Shown here one piece after another: positions 32,571-44,442 of a DNA stretch of 64,000 nt (within the stretch, counting starts at the first letter, position 1; every line of letters begins with the position of its first letter). Under the pieces are notes generated by a model, which was given only the letters and a program-made list of their open reading frames with translations, was not told where the DNA came from and did no database searches. The DNA is from Squalus acanthias. Its lineage: Eukaryota. A program made the position numbers and the translations under genes. The stretch spans positions 125,800,001 to 125,864,000 of the forward strand of contig CM059431.1 of NCBI GenBank assembly GCA_030390025.1, read 5' to 3'.

Positions 32571-34750
32571 GTCCAGGAAGAAAGGAAATAAATGGTTCTC
32601 ATGCTTCTGGTATATGCCTCATTTGAGGAAGCGCTCAGTCAAGGTGGGGAGAGGGGTTTCCCAGAGGTCACACTGGAGTTGGCTGTCAGGCTCCAAACTT
32701 CCACAACAATGAGTAGGCCTGCTAAAAGTTCCCCCAGACTTGAGACAACAAAGTTCTGCCACCTGCAAATGATGATTGCTGAAAACTCCTTTTTAATGGT
32801 GGAGCTGCAGCTGTTAGTAAGCAATCCACTTGTGAGGGCACCAGGATTAACTGGCGTGTTCCAGAGGAGACGTGCAGGATAGGAGAAATGTGTTAAAAAC
32901 AGAAAGGCCTCTCAAAATGGGATTATAGAGGCAATTAACTGGTTGTTAAGGGCCTAAAGGGCCTATCCCGCCTCTTGGAGGCAGAATGGAAATGAGGTCT
33001 GAAACCCCAAATCTGGGAAAATTGCTAGGAGGTGGGATGGAGGCAGGATCGGAGCCGCCTGCCATTTTTGGCGATTTTAACACCTCACACGCCTCCAATC
33101 CCGCCTCCTCGGGCCTGGCAAAATCGAGCCCTATGCCTCTATTTATGAAGCCCAGGAACCTATATACTTTTTTAACTGCTTTTTCAACCTGCCCTGCCAC
33201 CTTTAACGATTTGTGCACATATACCCCCAGGTGTCTCTGTTCATGCACCCCCTTTTGCATTGTACCCTTTAGTTTATATTTCCTCTCTTCATTCTTTCTA
33301 CCAAAATGTATTACTTCGCACTTTCCTGCGTGAAATTTTATCTGCCATGTGTCCGCCCATTCCACCAGCCTGTCTATGTCTTCTTGAAGTCTATCACTAT
33401 CCTCCTCACTGTTCACTGTACTTCCAAGTTTTGTGTCATCTGCAAATATTGAAATTGTGCCCTGTACACCCACATCGAATTCATTAATATATATCAAGAA
33501 AAGCAGTAGCCCTAGAACCGACCCCTGGGGAACACCACTGTATACCTGCTTCCAGTCCGAAAAACAACCGTTTACCATTACTCTCTGTTTCCTGTCACTT
33601 AGCCAATTTTGTATCCATGCTGCTACTGTCCCTTTTATTCCATGGGCTTCAACTTTGCTGGCAAGCCTATTATGTGGCACTTTGTCGAATGCCTTTTGGA
33701 AATCCATGTACACTACATCAACCGCATTACCCTCATCAACCCTTTCTGTTACCTCATCAAAAACTCAATCAAGTTGGTTAAACACGATTTGCCTTCAACA
33801 AATCCATGCTGGCTTTCCTTAATTAATCCACAATTGTCCAAGTGACTGTTAATGTTGTCCCTGATTATTGTTTCTAAAAGCATCCCCACTACTGAGGTTA
33901 TACTGACTGGCCTGTAGTTTACTGGGTTTATCTTTCACCTTTTTGAACAAGGGTGTAACATTTGCAATTCACCAGTCCTCTGGCACCACCCCCGTTTCTA
34001 AGGAAGATTGGAAGATTATGGCTATACCTCCGCGATTTCTTCCTTCACTTCCCTCACTGTCCTAGGATGCATCCCATCTGGTCCTGGTCACTTATCTACT
34101 TTAAGTATAGCCAGCCTTTCGAGTACCTCCTCTATCAATTTTCCCCTTCATAAGTGAACTGATTCCATTTACAATGTCCCTACTGCCACACTTCCTGAAA
34201 TTGGCAGCAATTGAATGTGGGGCCCTTCGGATCTTTACGGCTTAACAATCACTGGACAAATACAATGTGCCATTGGGGGAGCCTCCTGTTCCAATCGCTT
34301 ATACAGATGGACCTGCCTCTTTGGAAGCTATTTTAGCGCTGCCTAGAAGGAAATCTGAAAGCTCTTGCCTTAAGAGATTTCTTTTGCAAATGGCAATCAT
34401 TTTTAGAGAATACCATGCAGTTCAAGAATATGACCCTTCTCCTCTTCAACGAAAGCTGCATCTCAGTAAAATTGAAGGAAATTAAAGCTTTTTCTCCATG
34501 ATGTTTGTTAAGTGCCTTAAATGAAATGATTCTTAGGGATTCAATCAGTCCATTTGCCAATGAACACAAGTACATAGCATAAAATGTTCACTGACACTTG
34601 TGACTAACTTACGCATGAGAATAATCATTTAATAGCTGAGCTATGACATATAAATGGATTTTCTGCAAGCTTTTCACAAGTTTGGCAATGGCAATTATAG
34701 CAAAAATAAGGAGTCAATGAAAATGATGTATGGTGCTGAATGGAAAATTT

Positions 34751-34965
34751 AAGAACATAAGAAATAGGAGCTGGAGTAGGCCATTTGGCCCTTCGAGCCT
34801 GCTCCGCCATTCAACAAGATCATGGCTGATCTTCTACCTCAACTCCACCTTCTCGCACTATCCCCATATCCCTTAATTCCCTTAGTTGCCAAAAATTTAT
34901 CGCCCTCTGTCTTGAATATACTCAACTACTGAGCATCCACAGCTCTCTGGGCTAGAGAATTCCAT
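34751..34965 (-). mobile_element. CR1 3' end fragment
   Basis: AAGAACATAAGAAATAGGAG... matches the CR1 end at 56619 onward. Confidence 0.8.
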
Positions 34966-36770
34966 TTGCTTAAATATAGAAAGTAGAGGTTAGCCCTAAA
35001 TGGGAAATATATCGTTGTTCCTTCGTTGTCGCTGGGTCAAAATCCTGGAACTCCCCAGCACTGAGGGAGTACCTTCACCACACAGACTGCAGCGGTTCAA
35101 GTAGGCAGCTCACCACAACCTTCTCAAGGGCAATTAGGGATGGGCAATAAATGCTGGCCTTGCCAGCAACACCCACAATATCTGAATTAATTAAAAAAAA
35201 TCCGAATCAGGAAACAGATCTCTGGGTTATGGTGGATAAATTATTGAAACTATCCACACTCCGTTTAGATTTAATAGAAGGTGAAATATTGCATTAGGTT
35301 ATATTAGTTTGAGGGATAGAATACAAGTCAAGAGGTTATATTTTTGCAGTATAAGGCCTTGGTCCGACCCCATCTGGAGCACAATGTGCAGCTCTGGTCA
35401 ATTAATTATAGTAAGTATTTTGCTGCCCTTGAGAGAGTACAGAGGCAAACAATAAAGATGATTCATGAGTCATGTAAAAAAAAATGAAGTTGGACTTCTT
35501 TTCTTTGGAGAAGCGAAAACTTTGACCAGATCTAATTCAAGATTATGAAAAGAGTTAACAAAATTGATTCAGGCAAATTATATAGTGTGTTGAAGAGATC
35601 AAATACAGGAAGTTAAATTCAGGAAAGAAAGAAATTATCTTGCATTTATATTAGCATCTTTCACAAACGCTGGACATTCCAAAATGCTTCACAACCAAAG
35701 AATTACTCTTAGAATCACAGAATCATGGAATAATACAATACAGGCCCATCGTACCTGTGCCGGCTCTTTGGTAGAGCTATCCAATTAATCCCACTTCCCT
35801 GCTCTTTATCCATAGCCCTGTGAATCTTTTCCCTTCAAGTATTTATTCATTTCTCTTTTGTATGTCACTATTGAATCTGCTTCCACCACCTTTTCAAGCA
35901 GTGCATTCCAGATCACAACAACTGGCTGTGTAAAAAAATGTTTCCTCATGTTGCCTCTGGTTCTTTTGCCAATCACCTTAAATCTGTGCTCTGGTTACAG
36001 ACCCTTCTGCCACTGGAAACAGTTTCTCCTTATTTACTCTATCAAACCATTTATGATTTTGAACACTTCTATCAAATCTCCTCTTAACCTTGTCTGCTCT
36101 AAGGAGAACAACCCCAGCTTCTCCACATAACTGAAGTTCCTCATCCCTGGTACCATTCTATAAGTCTCTTCTGCAGCCTCTCCAAGGCCTTGACATCCTT
36201 CCTAAAGTGTGATACCCAGAATTGAACACAATACTCCAGCTGAGGCCTAACCAGTGTTTTATAAAGGTTTAGCATAACTTCCTTGCCTTTGTACTCTATT
36301 CCTCTATTAATAAAGCCAAGGATCACATATGCTTTTTTTAACAGCCTTCTCAATTTGTCCTGCCAGATTTGTGTACATACACCCCCAGGTCTCCCTGTTC
36401 CTGCACCACCTTTAACATTGTACCATTTCGTTCATATTGCCTCTCCTTATTCTTCTCTGCGTCAAATTTCATCTGCCATGTGTCTGCCCATTTCACCAGT
36501 CCGTCTATGTCCTCCTGAAGTCTATTACTATCCCCCTCATTGTTTACTACATTTTTGAGTTTTGTATCATCTGCAAACTTTGAAATTATGCCCTTTGGAC
36601 TCAAGTCTAGGTCATTAATGCAGTGGTCCTTATACTGACCGCTGGGAAACACCACTGTATACTTTCTGTCCCTTAGCCAATTTTGTATCAATGCTCCCTT
36701 TAATCTCATGGGCTTTATTTTTCCTAACAGGTCAATTATGTGGTACTTTATCAAACGCCTTTTTAAAGTC

Positions 36771-38357
36771 CAACTTCCTTTTCTGGCTGTCATGTTAGCT
36801 GATATTGTTAACAATTTTCTCTGCTCAGGTACAGACCCCCTCTCTTTCAAATCTGCTGTCATCACCCCTCTCCTCAAAAAAACAACCCTTGATCCATCCA
36901 TCCTTGCAAACTACCGCCCCATATCCAACCTCTCTTTCCTCTCCAAAGTTCTTGAACGTGTTGTCGCCTCCCAAATCCGTGCCCATCTTTGCCTGAACTT
37001 GATGTTTGAATCCCTCCATCAGGTTTCCGCCCCTGCCACAGTATTGAAATGGCTCTTATCAAAGTCACAAATTACATCTTATGTGACTGTGACAAAAGTA
37101 AACTATCCCTCCTCATCCTTCTCAACCTGTCTGCAGCATTTGACATGGTTGACCACACCATCCTCCTCCAATGCTTCTCCACCATCATCCAGCTGGGTGG
37201 GACTGCACTCACCTGGTTCCATTCTTATCCACCTAATTGTAGCCAGAGAATCACCTGTAATGGCTTCTCTTCCCACTACCACATCATTACCTCTGGTGTC
37301 CCCCAAGGATCTATCCTTGGTGCCTTCCTATTTCTCATCTACATGCTGCTCTTCAGCGACAGCATCCGAAAACACAGCGTCAGTTTCCACATGTACGCTG
37401 ATGACAGCCAGCTCTACCTCAGCACCAATCCTCTCAATCAGTCCACTGTCTCTATATTGCCAGACTGCTTGACTGACATCCAGTACTGGATGAGCAGAAA
37501 TTTCCTCCAGTTAAATATTGGGACGACCGAAGCCATTGTCTTCGGTCCCCGCCAACAAACACCGTTCCCTATCAACTGACTCCATCCCTCTCCCTAGCAT
37601 CTGTCTGAGGCTGAACCAGACAGTTCACAACCTTGGTGTCGTATTTGATCCTGAAATGAGCTTCCAACCACCTAGCCACACCATAACTAAGACTGCCTGT
37701 TTCCACCTCCGTAACATCACCCACCTCTGCCCTTGCCTCAGCTCATCTGCTGCTGAAACCCTCATCTATGCCTTTGTTACCTCTAGACTTGATAATTTCA
37801 ATGCACTCCTGACTGGCCTCCCACGCTCTACACTATGTAAACTTGAAGTCATCCAAAACTTGGCTGCCCGTATCCTAACTCGCACCAAGTCCCGTTCACC
37901 CATTACACCTGTGCTCGTTGACATACATTGGCTTCCGGTTAAGCAATGCCTCAATTTAAAAATTCTCATCCTTGTTTTCAAATCCCTCCATGGCTTCGCC
38001 CCTCCCTATCTCTGTAATCTCCTCCAGCTCCACAACCTCCTGAGATATCTGCGCTCCTCTAATTCTGCCCTCTTGAGCAGCCCTGATTTTAATCGCTCAA
38101 CCATTGGTGGCCGGGCCTTCTGCTGCCAAGGCCCTAAGCTCTGGAATTCCCTGCCTAAACCTCTCCGCCTCTCTACCTCTCTTTCCTCCTTTAAACGCTC
38201 CTTAAAACCTACCTCTTTGAACAAGCTTTTGGTCACCTGCCCTAATTTCTCCTTATGTAGTCCGGTATCAAATTTTGTTTTATAACGCTCCTGTGAAGCA
38301 TCTTGGAACGTTTTACTACGTTAAAGGTGCTATATATATGCAAATTGTTGTTGGTGT
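36771..38357 (+). mobile_element. L2 LINE, 5'-truncated RT pseudogene
   Basis: LDPSILANYRPISNLSFLSKVLE, LSAAFDMVDH, GVPQGSILG, YADDSQLY, AFVTSRLD, LWNSLP; tail TATATATATGCAAATTGTTGTT. Confidence 0.92.
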
Positions 38358-38737
38358 TTTACATATACACATCAACTGCACTAACCTCATCAACTCTCTC
38401 TGTTAATTCATCAAAGAACTCAATCAAATTAGTCAAATAAATTTTCCCTTTATCAAATCCATGCCAGCTTTCAATTATTAGCCCATACTTTATCTAAATG
38501 CCAATTAATTTTGTCCCGAATTATTGTCTCTAAAAGTTTCCCCACCACCGACGTTAGGCTAACTGGCCTGTAGTTGCCAGATTTATCCCTCTCCCCTTTT
38601 GTGAACTGGGGTGTAACATTTGCAATCCTCCAGTCCTCTGGCACCACCCCCATATCCAAGGAGCATTGGAAGATTGTGGCCAGAGCCTCCGTAATTTCTA
38701 TTTTGAGAACTGCCAACCTTTTAAGTACCTCCTCTTT

Positions 38738-40442
38738 TGTAAAGTTTCGCAATTATCGCGATTCAAAATAATGAGATAGAAGCAGATTCGTTTGATCAGT
38801 TTATTTAAATGAAATGCTGTCATGATTAAACAGGACACAGAAGCCTGTAAAATGGCCGCCGTGCCTCGTGGCAGAAGTTTACAGAAGTACAGTGGGCAGA
38901 CAAGATGGCATTCGAATAAACATTTTCGATAAGCACTGATAAAGACAGGATGCAACCTGTTTGCATTTGTGACAATAGCAAAAGATATGAGTGCTAGAAT
39001 CGTTTTCCATGCACAAGTAAGGACCATTGTACTGGGCAATCGAAGGCCCATCCAGACACATCAATACGCAAATACCCCCACGGCTCTACAAAGAGAGAGC
39101 CATTCTCGGGTGATTAAATAAGTATTCGGGGGCCCATAAAAACCCAGCCAGGGAGGCTCCTAGCCGGTTCAACAATGGGGAAAACATTAACGGGTAGTTG
39201 GCCAGTCTCAGGTGCTACCGAAACCCGTTAAAGACAAGAATCACCCTATGCTGGGAGTTTTGAGCGCCAATATTTCACAAAGGACAAACATTAAGATTTG
39301 AGCGGGAGATAAGGGAACACAGCACTATAACTATAGACAACAAATGTCCATCGCTCTCTTATTTTTCTCTTATCTCGGCTGATGCTCTTACTCCCTTGAT
39401 TCGATTCTTATTCGCTTGATTTGTGCTCTTGTTTTCTCTGGACTGTTGACTCTGGACTTTTAGCCGCACTGGATGGTTATTGGAATGTTGGGTGGAGCTC
39501 AAACGGAACGAGCCACCTCGACGATAGCCGGTAACCGGGTGCACCATCCCGAGTGTCGGTAAACGGTGTTCTGGACCCGAAGGCCCGAAGAGACGAGACG
39601 AGACGAGATGAGAAGAGAAGAAGAAGAATCCACGTGCCGCCGCGGTCAGTAAACCCCGACCGCGCCGAATTTATACGAACTCTATCAGTTATTGCACGAA
39701 CTGGTCATAGACTCTTCCTTGAATTTTATCGACAACCGGTGTCGATACAGGAAGACTCTTCTTTGAATTCTACCAGCAACTGGTTTCGGTCCAGGAAGAC
39801 TCTTCTTTGAGTTCTACAGCCGGGCCCGAGCACTGTCGAGTTCTTCATGACAACGGGGAGCCCAGCCTGCTTGCAGCAGCAGCGAAAGTAAACAAGTGGG
39901 CTACAGAGACCCCTCAAAACACGTGACAGTCAGGCGCTGCAGCGAAACGAGCCAAGCGCCTCACTTTAAAATTCTCCGAAGTATCACGAGTGGTGAGCAT
40001 GTTTCCCGATCCTACAAATCTAGATGTAGTGTAGGTATTGATAGGGGAGGGTGGTTTTATTAAGGATAAAGTATAATGTGTTCCCCTTTTTACGATGTGC
40101 CGTGCGTTCTTCATTACCATAGACCAAGCTTTATGAATATATGTATACTTGTACTCTCGTTAATTTGTGCCTATGACATGTACTTCATGATTTTAGACGC
40201 TATGCAATAAAGATTTCCATTTCGTACTATTCAACCAGGTCTATTTGAGTTTTTCTCTGCATTACTGCTCTCGCACCTAAGTCCAGTGTTAGAACCGTAA
40301 GGGCGAGTGGGTCGAACCACTCACAGGTGCTTATTGCAACAAGGCTGGCCGGAGACCAGAGCAAGCAATAGTATTGGGCAACGAAGGTCTAACCCCGCAC
40401 CAGCACCATCTGCAATACAAGCACGACACAGAACCCCTTACA
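38738..40442 (+). mobile_element. Solo LTR (1705 bp), sister family of the 2800 element
   Basis: TGTAAAG...CCCCTTACA with 4-bp TSD CTTT (38734-38737, 40443-40446). AATAAA at ~40206. Colinear with 2800-4452. Confidence 0.92.
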
Positions 40443-41372
40443 CTTTATATTTATCCTATCTAATATTGCTACTGCCTCCTCCTTTACTGCTACTTTAGCA
40501 GCATCCTCTTCTCTGATGAAGACAGATGCAAAGTACTCATTTAGTACCTCAGCCTTGCCCTCTGGCTCCAGAAGAAGATCTCCTTTTATGGTCCCTAATC
40601 GGCACCACCCTTCCTTTGACTACCTTTCTATTATTTATGTGTTTATAAAAGATTTCTGGGTTCCCTTTTATGTTGGCCACTAATCTATTCTCATATTTTC
40701 TCTTTGCCCCTCTTATTCTGCTTTTTGGAACTCCTCTGTACTTTCTATATTCAGCTTGGTTCTCCACTGTATTATGAAGCTTACAATTGTCATAATTGAC
40801 AATACTGTAATGTATTGTCACGTGGTTTCTGTCTCATCTTAACCTCTATGGGGAGTTATTTTGGCCAAAGCATGAAAACAGGCGCTAAATGGTTCCTTTG
40901 CTAATAAGAAACACCTGTTTGAAAGTGTGGATTTAGCACCAAGTTTTTGGGCTAATTGATGATTATAACGATTTAAATGTGCCTGCAGGCAATGAAACCG
41001 ACAACTGCAGATTTTGCACTCAAGCGCTGATTAGACGCAATTTTTCTGGAGCTGTATAGGTAACCTGCCCTCACCCACTTCCACTGAAGGTATGGAGTGC
41101 GCTGGCTGGGAGAGAGCCCAATGTGGAAGGATATCTCAGGGACCTAGAGAGAGGGCGCCCAGATTCTTGGACGCGACACTGCAGTTCCTGGAGGAGGGGG
41201 TCCAGAGGAGGAGGGATGTCCTGTCCCCGCAAGGGAGAAGGAGTCCACCTCACCCTCCTGTCCATCCTGTCCCTCTCCTGCAGCAGCTGGTGCTGCTCTG
41301 CCTGGCTTCATGTCCTCCTCCCATTCCTCCCGCAGACCAAGGGGGACCCCTAGCAAGATGCTAATGTCCAAG

Positions 41373-42806
41373 ATGCTTATGAAGTGGAAATCGTGTTTGA
41401 CAAACCTACTGGAGTTTTTTGAGGATGTAACTGGTAGAATAGATAAGGGAGAACCAGTGGATGTGGTGTATTTGGATTTTCAGAAGGTCTTTGATAAAGT
41501 CCCACATAAGAGGTTAGTGTGCAAAATTAAAGCACATGGGATTGGGGGTAATATACTGGCATGGATTGAAAATTGGTTAATAGACAGGAAACAGAGTGCA
41601 GGAATAAATGGAAAATGCTGGAAACACTCAGCAGGCCAGGCAGCATCTGTGGAGAGAGAAACAGAGTTAACGTTTCAGGTCTGGGACCCTTCTGTTGTTA
41701 TTTCAAATTTCCAGCATCCGCAGTATTTTGCTGTTGTAGGAATAAATGGGTCTTTTTCGGGGTGGCAGGCGGTGACTAGTGGGGTACCGCAGGGATCAGT
41801 GCTTGGGCCCCAGCTATTTACAATATATATCAATGATTTGGATGAGGGAACCAAATGTAATATTTCCAAGTTTGCTGATGACAGGAAACTAGATTGGATT
41901 GTGAGTTGTGAGGAGGATGCAAAGAGGCTTCAAGGCGATTTAGACAAGTTGAGTGAGTGGGCAAATACATGGCAGATGCAGTATAACGTGAATAAATGTG
42001 AAGTTATCCACTTCGGTAGGAAAAACAGAAAGGTAGAGTATTATTTAAATGGTGATAGATTGGGAAATGTTGGTGTACAAAGGGACCTGGGTGTCCTTGT
42101 ATACCAGTCACTGAAAGCAAACATGCAGGTGCAGCAAGCAGTTAGGAAGGCAAATGGTGTGTTGGCCGTCATTGCAAGAGGATTTGAGTTCAGGAGCAAG
42201 GATGTCTTACTACAGTTATACAGGGCCTTGGTGAGACCACACCTGGAGTACTGTGTGCAGTTTTGGTCTCCTTACCTAAGAAAGGATATACTTGCCTTAG
42301 AGGGAGTGCAGCGAAGCTTCACCAGACTGATTCCTGGGATGGCAGGACTGTCGTATGAGGAGAGATTGGGTCGACTAGGCCTGTATTCACCAGAGTTTAG
42401 AAGAATGAGAGGGGATCTCATTGAAACGTATAAAATTCTGACAGGGCTAGACAGACTGGATGCAGGGAGGATGTTTCCCCTGGGTGGGGGGTTCAGAATG
42501 AGGGGTCACCGTCTCAGTATACCGGGTAGGACATTTAGGACTGAGATGAGGAGAAATTTCTTCACTCAGAGGGTGGTGAACCTGTGGAATTCTCTACCAC
42601 AGAAGGCTGTGGAGGCCAAGTCACTGAATATATTTAAGAAGGAGATAGATAGATTTCTCGACACAAAAGGCATCAAGGGGTATGGGGAGAGAGCGGGAAT
42701 ATGGGTATTGAGATAAAGGATCAGCCATGATTGTGTTGAATGGCGGAGCAGGCTCGAAGGGCCGAATGGCCTACTCCTGCTCCTATTTTTCTATGTTTCT
42801 ATGTTT
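41373..42806 (+). mobile_element. CR1 LINE, 5'-truncated, RT frame open to its stop at 42716
   Basis: [33 protein letters not shown]; (TTTCTATG)n tail. Confidence 0.93.
41612..41737. mobile_element. 126-bp Penelope-like terminal fragment with internal inversion
   Basis: Flanked by the 12-bp duplication AGGAATAAATGG (41600-41611, 41738-41749). The sequence resembles shark Penelope-like pLTR ends, recalled from memory. Confidence 0.6.
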
Positions 42807-43446
42807 CCAAGCACTCCCTTTCTCCTGGTGACTTCTATAAGTTGTCCAATAAGGTAGAGGAGCACAGCACCTACGCTTTTTTGGTGAAGTCCTCAGAGAA
42901 TTTCCAGAATAAATGTTGATAGAGTGTTGGTGAAGTATTGACAAAGTGTCCCAGAAAGTCTCCCGATGTGTTTCAAAAGTCCTCTTCAAGCCTCCAGCAG
43001 CAAGTGAAAGGTAAAAGGTGATATACCTTTAAGTAGTGCTCGAAATCCTCTGCAATGACTAGCTTACTCCCAATCAGCTACTCGCTGTTAGGAGGGGGCA
43101 TTATTTCAAGTGTTGGCGACCAAAGTGCCATGCAGCCTCTTTAATGAGTGCTAGCAGGCAAGTTAAGTGGCAATCAGTTATTTCACGATCATCCGGGCGG
43201 CCGTTCCTTACACAAGCTTCAATTCCTTTACCAAGGTGGCATCTTGCGCTTAATGCAGGTTGATCTCTAGCTTTGGATGCCCTTCCTTTCCTCCTCATAG
43301 GAATGTGTCTACTCTGTACCCTAACCATCTCCTCTTTGAAGGCCTCCCCAGTGCTCTTGAAATATAGCCCCCGAAAACAGGCGTGGAAATCGTGATGTGC
43401 GATTAAACCGCACCTTCGTGCTGCATGCTAAATTAAATGATTGCAG

Positions 43447-44242
43447 CAAGTGGCAGGTAACATTCACGCCACAGAAGTGCTTGGCAATGGCTATCTCCAA
43501 CAAGCGAGAATCTAATCACCTCCACATGGCATTCAATGGCATTACCATCGCCAAATCCCCCACCATCAACATCCTGGGGGTCACCGTTGACCAGAAACTT
43601 AACTGGACCAGCCACATAAATACTGTGGCAACAAGAGCAGGTCAGAGGCTAGGTATTCTGCGGCAAGTGTCTCACCTCCTGACTCCCCAAAGCCTTTCCA
43701 CCATCTACAAGGCACAAGGAGTGTGATGGAATACTCTCCACTTACCTGGATGAGTGCAGCTCCAACAACACTCAAGAAGCTCGACACCATCCAGGACAAA
43801 GCAGCCCGCTTGATTGACACCCCATCCACCACCTTAAACATTCACTCCCTCCACCACCGGCGTACCGTGGCTGCAGTGTGTACCATCTACAAGATGCACT
43901 GCAGCAACTCACCAAGGCTTCTTTGGCAGCACCTCCCAAACCCGCGACCTCTTCCACCTAGAAGGACAAGGGCAGCAGGTGCATGGGAACACCACCACCT
44001 CCAAGTTCCCCTCCAAGTCACATACCATCCTGACTCAGAAGTATATTGCCGATCCTTCATCGTCGCTGGGTTAAAATCCTGGAACTCCCTACCTAACAAC
44101 ACTGTGGGAGTACCTTCACCACACGGACTTCAGCGGTTCAAGAAGGCGGCTCACCACCACCTTCTCAAGGGCAACTAGGGATGGGCAATAAATGTTGGCC
44201 TTGCCAGTGATGCCCAGATCCCATGAACAAATTAAAAAAAAA
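43447..44242 (+). mobile_element. CR1-group LINE (family B) 3' part
   Basis: KWQVTF, ILGVTVDQKLNW, MEYSPLTWMSAAPTTLKKLD; family tail and A-run. Confidence 0.9.
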
Positions 44243-44442
44243 TGTAGCCCAGCATTAAATGCACTTTTGAGTGGCTGCACGCCTCAGCAGGTGGCCCAAG
44301 TTCGTGTGAGGCTAGCACCACTTAAAGCTAACCTGCACTACTTAAATCCAGCCTGCACCTCTTAAAGGGGAGGTGCATTATGGCTGGAGCAAGGGCTGAA
44401 GCCGTTTGTGGAAGAGAGTCTGAGCAGGATGAAGAGTGAATT

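Larger units (their letters stand above)
29325..33131. mobile_element. PIF/Harbinger transposon, transposase internally deleted
   Basis: Perfect 14-bp TIRs GGGCTCGATTTTGC / GCAAAATCGAGCCC and TSD TAT (29322-29324, 33132-33134). Contains a Myb/SANT gene. Confidence 0.92.
28711..34150 (-). mobile_element. CR1 LINE (HER1-like), split by the Harbinger at 29325-33131
   Basis: RT ORF 32946-33713 ([20 protein letters not shown]) and C-terminal ORF 28733-29128. The halves rejoin as GTACTC TAT GCCTCT. Confidence 0.92.
40850..43260. mobile_element. Harbinger deletion derivative, right end lost, with nested CR1
   Basis: Left end GGGGAGTTATTTT after TAT. Myb/SANT start remnant RERAPRFLDATLQFLEEGVQRRRDVL at ~41140-41230. 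No right TIR found. Confidence 0.6.
35710..43350 (-). mobile_element. CR1 LINE broken into pieces (35710-36770, 38358-38737, 40443-40849, 43262-43350) by later insertions
   Basis: The pieces are colinear with the CR1 at 13795-16700 (LVRPQLEYC, KFADD, PEDWRIANV, YENRLVANIK). Confidence 0.8.

Noticed and set aside
41310..42716. 468-aa ORF as a functional gene
   Set aside because: It is a 5'-truncated CR1 RT with a chance upstream ATG from flanking DNA and an insertion in the RT domain.
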